This document shows positions 58,368-64,000 of a stretch of 64,000 bases of DNA, in pieces (the first letter of the stretch is position 1; each line of letters opens with the position of its first letter). The stretch comes from Akkermansia muciniphila (GTDB lineage: Bacteria; Verrucomicrobiota; Verrucomicrobiia; Limisphaerales; SXTU01), in assembly GCA_945874145.1 (NCBI GenBank), contig CAMCFN010000006.1, positions 16,164 through 80,163 on the forward strand, in the 5' to 3' direction. The notes under the pieces are model-generated. The model was given only the letters and a program-made list of their open reading frames with translations, did no database searches and was not told the origin of the DNA. The translations under genes and the position numbers were made by a program.

Positions 58368-61300
58368 GTGACCAGTCGTTTCCTTCAACCTGTTGCCCCC
58401 TTCATCGCGTTGCTGGCGTTGGCCTTTCCCGCTGCTGCTGCACCCGCGCCGGACTTTCAACGCGAGGTTCGCCCCATCCTGTCCCGCCAGTGCTTCGCCT
58501 GCCACGGGCCGGACGAACACGCGCGCAAGGCCAATCTCCGCCTCGACCTCCGCGACGCCGCGCTCGCCCCCGCCAAGTCCGGCCAGCGCGCCGTCGTCCC
58601 TGGCAAGCCTGAGCAAAGCGAACTCGTCCGCCGCATCACGAGCACGGACCACAACAAGCTCATGCCGCCGCCGGAGACGAAGAAGCAGCTCACCGCTGCC
58701 GAGGCGGACACGCTCCGCCGCTGGGTCACCGGTGGCGCGGATTACCAGCCGCACTGGGCCTTCATCAAGCCGCAGCAGGCCGCGCTGCCGAAGGTGAAGC
58801 AAACGACTTGGCCGCAGAACGCCATTGACCTCTTCATCCTCGCGCGGCTGGAGCAGGAGGGCTTGAAGCCATCCGCGCCTGCCGATGACTACTCGTTGGT
58901 CCGCCGCCTTTACCTCGACTTGATTGGCCTTCCACCGACACCCGAAGAGGCCGACGCGTTCGTGAAGTCCGTTCAAATCGGCAATCGCCAATCGGCAATC
59001 GCCAATCTCGCCGACAAACTGCTCGCCTCCCCGCACTACGGCGAGCGTTGGGCGCGCAAGTGGCTCGACCTCGCCCGCTACGCCGACACCAACGGCTACG
59101 AGAAGGACCGCCCGCGCAACATCTGGCCCTGGCGCGACTGGGTCATCCGCGCGTTGAACGAGGATTTGCCCTTCGACCAGTTCACCCTCCAGCAGCTCGC
59201 TGGCGACCTGCTGCCAAACAACTCAAAACCCAAAACTCCCAACTCAGAACTCAGCCACCTCGTGGCGACCGGCTTCCATCGCAACACCATGCTCAACGAG
59301 GAAGGCGGCATTGACCCGCTGGAGTTCCGCTTCTACGCGATGGTGGACCGCGTCGCCACCACCGGCACGACCTGGCTCGGCCTCACCGTCGGCTGCGCGC
59401 AATGCCACACGCACAAGTTCGACCCCATCCCGCACACCGACTACTACGCGATGATGGCCTTCCTCAACAACGCCGACGAACCCGACCTCGACCTGCCGGA
59501 CGCCGCGTTGGATGAACAGCATCGCAAGAACCTAGAGCGCGCCGCCACCCTGCTGGCTGAGTTACCGAAGAAGTTTCCCGCGGACACAAACTCCACCCCG
59601 CCAACGCCCGGAGCCGAACATCTGGAGCGGAAGTTCGCTGCGTGGCGCAACGCCGAACGCGCCCGCGTCGTGCCGTGGACGACGCTGCGCCCGCATGAGG
59701 CCAAGTCCACCCTCCCGCTCCTCACCGTGCAGCCCGACGCCTCTGTCTTCGCCAGCGGCGACATCAGCAAGAACGACACTTACACGCTCAAGTTCCGCAA
59801 CGTCCCCGCCGGCACCACTGCGTTGCGCCTCGAAGCCTTGCCTGATGACCGCCTGCCCGCCCACGGCCCCGGCATGGCCTACTACGAAGGGCCAAAGGGC
59901 GACTTCTTCCTCGGCGAGTTCCGCGTCAAGTCCGGCGGCCAGCCGCTGAAGCTTGCGCGCGCATACCAAACCTACGCGAAGCTCTGGCTCGGCGGCGACC
60001 GTGCTTCCGCTGCATTGGCCATTGATGGCAATCCCGAGACGGGCTGGGGCGTCTTCGAGCGCTTCGGCGAACGGCACGTCGCGGTCTTCCACTTCGCCCA
60101 GCCACTCGCCGCTGCTGGCGAACTCGAAGTGCAGCTTCAGTTCGGCCGCCACTACGCCTGTTCGCTGGGCCGGTTCCGCATCTCGGCCACCGGCGATGCA
60201 CAGGCCACCGCGAGCGAACTGCCCGAAGCAGCCGACGCCTTGCTCCGCGTGCCGGAGGCGCAACTCACCGCCGCCCAACTCGCCCAATTGCGCGAGCAAT
60301 TCCTCCTTGTCGCACCTGAGCTGAAAGCCGCCCGCGCTGAGATTGAGAAGTTGCGCAAGCCGCCCGCGCATCAAACGACGCTCGTGCTGCGCGAGCGCCC
60401 GCCGGAGAACCCGCGCCCCACGCACCGGCATCATCGCGGCGAGTTTCTGTCGCCGAAGGAAGCCGTCGCGCCTGCCGTGCTCGGCGTGTTGAACCCGCTG
60501 CCACCTGGCGCACCGACGAACCGACTCGGCTTCGCGCAGTGGCTCGTCTCGCCGGAAAATCCGCTCACCGCCCGCGTGACCGTGAACCGCCAGTGGGCCG
60601 CGTTCTTCGGGAGCGGCATCGTGCGGACGACCGAGGACTTCGGCCTGCAAGGCGACGCGCCCACGCACCCGGAGTTGCTCGACTGGCTGGCGGTGGAGTT
60701 TACGAAGCAGGGCTGGTCACTGAAGCAGTTGCACAAGCTCATCGTGACCAGCGCCTCTTACCAACAGAGCAGCAAGTTTTCAGTGTTCGGTGCTCAGTCT
60801 TCAGTTGCGACCAGCGCACCGAAGCCCACTGAAAACTGGAAACAGAATACTGAACACTCCTCCCGCCTCGACCCGGATAACCGGCTGTTGAGTCGTTTCC
60901 CCCGCTCCCGCCTCGATGCCGAGCTCATCCGCGATTCCGTCCTGCGCGCCAGCGGCCAGCTCTCGCCGAAGATTGGCGGGCCGAGCGTCTATCCGCCGCA
61001 GCCCGCGAGCGTGACCTCGGAAGGCGTCTATGGCGGAAAGTCATGGAACGAAAGCCAGGGCGAAGACCGCTACCGTCGCGGCCTCTACACGTTCGCCAAG
61101 CGCTCCGCCCCCTACGCGATGTTCAACACCTTCGACGGCCCCAGCGGCGAAGCCTGCGTCGCCCGCCGCGACAGCTCGAACACGCCGCTCCAGGCCCTCA
61201 CGCTCCTCAACGACACCGTCATCCTCGAAGCCGCCCAAGCCCTCGGTCGCCAGCTCGCTGCGGAGCCCGGCACCATCGAGAGCCGCGTGGAAAACCTCTT

Positions 61301-61508
61301 CCGCCGCTGCCTCACCCGCCCGCCGTCCGCCGAGGAACGCACGCAGCTCGTGAAGTTCTTCGCGACCCAGCGCGCCCGCTTCGCCAGCGGCGAACTCAGG
61401 GCCGCCACCTTCGCCGGCAAAGGGGACGGGGACGCGAACGACCGCGCCGCCTGGACCGCCCTCGCCCGCGCGCTCCTGAACCTCGACGAGATGATTGCGA
61501 AGAGCTAG
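58368..61508 (+). CDS. PSCyt1 / DUF1549 / PSCyt2 / DUF1553 multidomain protein
   Basis: CFACHGPDEHARKANLRLD...MPP. IDLFILARLEQEGLKPSAPADDYSLVRRLYLDLIGLPP. CAQCHTHKFDP. RVTVNRQWAAFFGSGIVRTTEDFGLQGDAPTHPELLDWL. The track start is GTG 58296. GTG 58368 is preferred because it gives a signal peptide (VTSRFLQPVAPFIALLALAFPAAAAP). Confidence 0.9.
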   Translation: MTSRFLQPVAPFIALLALAFPAAAAPAPDFQREVRPILSRQCFACHGPDEHARKANLRLDLRDAALAPAKSGQRAVVPGKPEQSELVRRITSTDHNKLMPPPETKKQLTAAEADTLRRWVTGGADYQPHWAFIKPQQAALPKVKQTTWPQNAIDLFILARLEQEGLKPSAPADDYSLVRRLYLDLIGLPPTPEEADAFVKSVQIGNRQSAIANLADKLLASPHYGERWARKWLDLARYADTNGYEKDRPRNIWPWRDWVIRALNEDLPFDQFTLQQLAGDLLPNNSKPKTPNSELSHLVATGFHRNTMLNEEGGIDPLEFRFYAMVDRVATTGTTWLGLTVGCAQCHTHKFDPIPHTDYYAMMAFLNNADEPDLDLPDAALDEQHRKNLERAATLLAELPKKFPADTNSTPPTPGAEHLERKFAAWRNAERARVVPWTTLRPHEAKSTLPLLTVQPDASVFASGDISKNDTYTLKFRNVPAGTTALRLEALPDDRLPAHGPGMAYYEGPKGDFFLGEFRVKSGGQPLKLARAYQTYAKLWLGGDRASAALAIDGNPETGWGVFERFGERHVAVFHFAQPLAAAGELEVQLQFGRHYACSLGRFRISATGDAQATASELPEAADALLRVPEAQLTAAQLAQLREQFLLVAPELKAARAEIEKLRKPPAHQTTLVLRERPPENPRPTHRHHRGEFLSPKEAVAPAVLGVLNPLPPGAPTNRLGFAQWLVSPENPLTARVTVNRQWAAFFGSGIVRTTEDFGLQGDAPTHPELLDWLAVEFTKQGWSLKQLHKLIVTSASYQQSSKFSVFGAQSSVATSAPKPTENWKQNTEHSSRLDPDNRLLSRFPRSRLDAELIRDSVLRASGQLSPKIGGPSVYPPQPASVTSEGVYGGKSWNESQGEDRYRRGLYTFAKRSAPYAMFNTFDGPSGEACVARRDSSNTPLQALTLLNDTVILEAAQALGRQLAAEPGTIESRVENLFRRCLTRPPSAEERTQLVKFFATQRARFASGELRAATFAGKGDGDANDRAAWTALARALLNLDEMIAKS
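58976..59010. repeat. five-unit heptamer tract AATCGGC AATCGCC AATCGGC AATCGCC AATCTCG inside CDS
   Basis: Read directly. Encodes QIGNRQSAIANLA. Paralogous tract at 23241-23275. Confidence 0.8.
59220..59254. repeat. five-unit heptamer tract AACTCAA AACCCAA AACTCCC AACTCAG AACTCAG inside CDS
   Basis: Read directly. Encodes NNSKPKTPNSELS in a loop that differs among the three paralogues. Confidence 0.75.
60775..60858. repeat. heptamer-built hairpin element inserted in frame in the 58368-61508 CDS
   Basis: AGTTTTCAGTGTTCGGTGCTCAGTCTTCAGT (60775-60805) ... ACTGAAAACTGGAAACAGAATACTGAACACT (60828-60858). Translated as SKFSVFGAQSSVATSAPKPTENWKQNTEHS. Absent at this position from both paralogues. 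Confidence 0.8.
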
Positions 61509-61517
61509 CCTCACTTC

Positions 61518-62027
61518 ATGCCGATGCCACCCACAGCTTGGAGTAACCAGGACTTGGTGCTGTTTCATGGCACCACGGAAGGCTGCGCCCGGCGCATCAT
61601 GGCGGAAGGTGTTAGGCTCTCTGAAAGTAAGGTATGGACGGATTTCGGTCCGGGCTTCTACGCCTGCACCTACCGCCCGCAAGCGGCGGCTTGGGCGACG
61701 AGCCGCGCCCTGCGTTCCAACACGCCGGAGCGTCCGGCCGTGCTGGCCTTTCAGGTCAGCCGGGATGAACTGGCCACCCTCGAATCGCTAGTGTTCGTCC
61801 GCGCCGCATTGGACGCGGGGGATTATTGGAACTTCGTTGCCGCGTGTCGGTCTGGGTTGGGCCATCACGGACGCACCGGGACCAGCGCGTTTTACGATGT
61901 TGTCTTCGGCCCGGTCGTGGCTGACAACTATCTGCGCCGCAAGACGCACCTGACCTTTGACCAAGTCAGCTTTCACACAGAACGCGCAGTGCAAACCCTC
62001 ACGAGCCAACGATTCAGCATCCTATGA
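61518..62027 (+). CDS. DUF3990-like protein (possible ADP-ribosyltransferase-fold effector)
   Basis: LVLFHGT..., DFGPGFYAC...QAAAWA, YDVVFGPVVADNY and DQVSFHTERAVQTL follow the DUF3990 motif order as I recall it. The ATG lies 9 nt after the upstream stop. Confidence 0.7.
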   Translation: MPMPPTAWSNQDLVLFHGTTEGCARRIMAEGVRLSESKVWTDFGPGFYACTYRPQAAAWATSRALRSNTPERPAVLAFQVSRDELATLESLVFVRAALDAGDYWNFVAACRSGLGHHGRTGTSAFYDVVFGPVVADNYLRRKTHLTFDQVSFHTERAVQTLTSQRFSIL

Positions 62028-62428
62028 ACACCGAACAGAGCGCCTACTGGCATACCGTTCAGGAGACCATGGTCACCTTCCACGGCATCGATCGGGATGC
62101 AGCCAAGGCGAAAATCGAGCGCTATCGAGTGGCCTTGCTGGAGACAGGCGACGTGCTCGCGTTGGAGTTGGCCACGCACGAGGAGCCATTCTACCTAGCC
62201 ACCCAACTGGCTGGACGAAAGGTCGTCGAGCCCACCGCTTCACAGGCTAAGGTTTATGCCCAAATCATGAAGCGTTGCACGGAGGAGGCCGTTGCGTTCG
62301 GCGCGATGGATGAGCTCTTCCAGGAGACAAAGCAGCGACTGATACAAATCGAATCCAAGGCCAAAGGCGTGTTGCGGCGGAAACAGTCTGCCGAATCCCG
62401 ACGGCAAAAGCTGGCTGTTAGCGCATGA
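62024..62428 (+). CDS. hypothetical small helical protein (candidate partner/antitoxin of the DUF3990-like gene)
   Basis: 134 aa. ATGA overlaps at both ends (62024-27 and 62425-28). Sequence is predicted helical by eye (…KAKIERYRVALLETGDVLALELATHEEPFYLATQLAG…, lysine/arginine-rich tail). No family recognised. Confidence 0.6.
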   Translation: MNTEQSAYWHTVQETMVTFHGIDRDAAKAKIERYRVALLETGDVLALELATHEEPFYLATQLAGRKVVEPTASQAKVYAQIMKRCTEEAVAFGAMDELFQETKQRLIQIESKAKGVLRRKQSAESRRQKLAVSA

Positions 62429-63861
62429 CTAATTCACTCGCCACCGCCGCCAGCCGCCGCTGGTTCCTCGAACGCTGTGGCGTCGGCATCGGCAAAGTCG
62501 CGCTCGCCGGTTTGCTCACGGACGCCTTCGCCCGCCGTGCCAGTGCCGCGCCGGCAAGTCCCTTCCCCATCAAGCCGCCGCACTTCGCGCCGAAGGCCAA
62601 GCGCGTCATTCACATGTTCATGGCGGGCGCGCCGAGCCAGTTGGAGCTGTTCGACTACAAGCCCAAGCTCGCGGAACTGGAGGGCAAGCCCATCCCGCCC
62701 GAAGTCATCGGCGGGCAGCGCTACGCGTTCATCCGGTCGGACGCGGCGGTGCTGGGGCCACGCTTCAAGTTCGCCAAACACGGGCAGTGCGGCGCGGAGC
62801 TGGGCGAGACGTTGCCGCACCTCGCGAAGATTGTGGACGACATCGCCATCGTGAAGTCCATGCGCACGGACCAGTTCAACCACGCTCCGGCGCAGATTTT
62901 CTTCAACACCGGCTTCGGCCAGCCGGGGCGGCCCAGCATGGGCTCGTGGGTGCTCTACGGCCTCGGCGCGGAGACGAGCGACCTGCCGGCGTTCGTCGTG
63001 ATGAGCACGGGCAGCGGCATCAGCGGCGGCCCAGCGTGCTGGAGCAGCGGCGTGTTACCGGGCGTTTACACCGGCGTGCGCTTCCGCAATCAGGGCGACC
63101 CGATTCTCAACGTCTCAAGCCCGCCCGGTGCGGACGCGCAGTTGCAACGCGACTCGCTGGACTTGATTGGCAGCCTGAACCAGCGCCGCCTCACGCTCGA
63201 CGGCGACCCGGAAATCGCCACGCGCATCGCTGCCTATGAAATGGCCTTTCGCCTCCAGACCAGCGCACCGGACCTGATGGACTTGCGCGGCGAAACCAAG
63301 GCCACGCTCGACCTCTACGGCTGTGACCCCGCCAAGCCGTCCTTCGCACGCTCGTGCCTGCTAGCGCGGCGGATGGTCGAGCGCGGCGTGCGCTTCATCA
63401 ACATCTACAACGAAGGCTGGGACGCGCACTCGAACGTCGAGGGCAACGTCCGCAACAACTGCAAAACCACCGACCAGGCGAGCGCCGCGCTCGTCATGGA
63501 CCTCAAGCAGCGCGGCTTGCTCGACGACACGCTGGTCATCTGGGGCGGCGAGTTCGGTCGCACGCCGATGGTGGAGTCCAACGCCGCGCTGGGCCGCAGC
63601 CTCGGGCGCGACCATCACCCGCAGGCGTTCTCGATGTGGCTGGCCGGGGGCGGTGTAAAGCCCGGCCTTACCTACGGCCAGACCGACGAACTTGGCTTCC
63701 ACATCGTCGAGAACCCCGTCCACGTCCGCGACCTGCAAGCCACCATCCTCCACCAACTCGGCCTGGACCATGAACGCCTCTCCATCCGCTTCCAAGGCTT
63801 GGACTTGAAGCTCACCGGCGTGGAGCCGTGCGAGGTGGTGAAGGGCATTCTGGCCGCCTGA
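62425..63861 (+). CDS. DUF1501 domain protein (sulfatase-fold, Tat signal)
   Basis: SRRWFLERCGVGIGKVALAGLL. GAPSQLELFDYKP...WDAHSN...GEFGRTP...GRDHH. Confidence 0.9.
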   Translation: MTNSLATAASRRWFLERCGVGIGKVALAGLLTDAFARRASAAPASPFPIKPPHFAPKAKRVIHMFMAGAPSQLELFDYKPKLAELEGKPIPPEVIGGQRYAFIRSDAAVLGPRFKFAKHGQCGAELGETLPHLAKIVDDIAIVKSMRTDQFNHAPAQIFFNTGFGQPGRPSMGSWVLYGLGAETSDLPAFVVMSTGSGISGGPACWSSGVLPGVYTGVRFRNQGDPILNVSSPPGADAQLQRDSLDLIGSLNQRRLTLDGDPEIATRIAAYEMAFRLQTSAPDLMDLRGETKATLDLYGCDPAKPSFARSCLLARRMVERGVRFINIYNEGWDAHSNVEGNVRNNCKTTDQASAALVMDLKQRGLLDDTLVIWGGEFGRTPMVESNAALGRSLGRDHHPQAFSMWLAGGGVKPGLTYGQTDELGFHIVENPVHVRDLQATILHQLGLDHERLSIRFQGLDLKLTGVEPCEVVKGILAA

Positions 63862-63920
63862 TTTCAATTGCTTGAGTCCTGCCTGTCTGCATAGTGCGAG
63901 CCCAGTAACCACGTGTTTCC

Positions 63921-64000
63921 ATGAAAACATCATTCTTCTCATCCTTGAGGCCTGTCGTTGCTTTGCTCATCGCGTCGCTAATCGCGGTCGGGCTGCCGTT
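63921..64000 (+). CDS. possible start of a secreted protein (runs off window end)
   Basis: ATG at 63921 gives MKTSFFSSLRPVVALLIASLIAVGLP..., which is signal-peptide-like. Only 26 codons are visible. Confidence 0.3.
   Translation, partial: MKTSFFSSLRPVVALLIASLIAVGLP

Noticed and set aside
61509-62424. Mobile-element boundaries (integrase, transposase, direct repeats) around the DUF3990 insert, and likewise around the 17662-18236 A/T-richer islet
   Set aside because: No recombinase gene, terminal inverted repeat or target-site duplication could be found by eye. The inserts are therefore reported as compositional or syntenic anomalies, not as mobile elements.

Overview
Visibly high-G+C chromosomal segment. 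Its gene content points to the PVC superphylum (Verrucomicrobiota/Planctomycetota). It holds three PSCyt-DUF1549-DUF1553 / DUF1501 gene pairs, a DUF1800 protein, a Pirellula/Verrucomicrobium-type heme-binding dehydrogenase and a DUF1559-type pseudopilin. I support about 57 protein-coding genes. Housekeeping genes include carA, lpxA, radC, hflX, smpB, rpoZ, ald, holB, a DEAD-box helicase, PhoH2, rpmG, rpsR, mscS and apbE. There is a zinc block (DksA-like, L33, S18, ZnuABC, Fur/Zur-like), and the rest are hydrolases, transporters and hypotheticals. I found no rRNA, tRNA, tmRNA, CRISPR array, transposase or integrase. The ORF track uses the longest ATG/GTG/TTG extension, so several starts were trimmed to internal ATGs supported by signal peptides or neighbour spacing. 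Many long ORFs antisense to real genes are GC-driven shadows. Four results stand out. (1) An orphan two-gene membrane module (49432-52889) has MotA/ExbB-like plus TM-Asp partner hallmarks. (2) A DUF3990-like gene plus a small partner is wedged, translationally coupled, inside a DUF1553-DUF1501 pair (61518-62428). (3) A zinc-sparing island has a Cys-depleted DksA paralogue, a Cys-less L33, a pseudopilin gene inside the znu operon and a palindromic candidate operator. (4) A family of hairpin elements has arms built from ~7-nt tandem units. It occurs in intergenic spacers and also in frame inside the large DUF1553 proteins, alongside several other REP-like inverted-repeat families. All family names come from motif recognition by eye. 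No searches were run.
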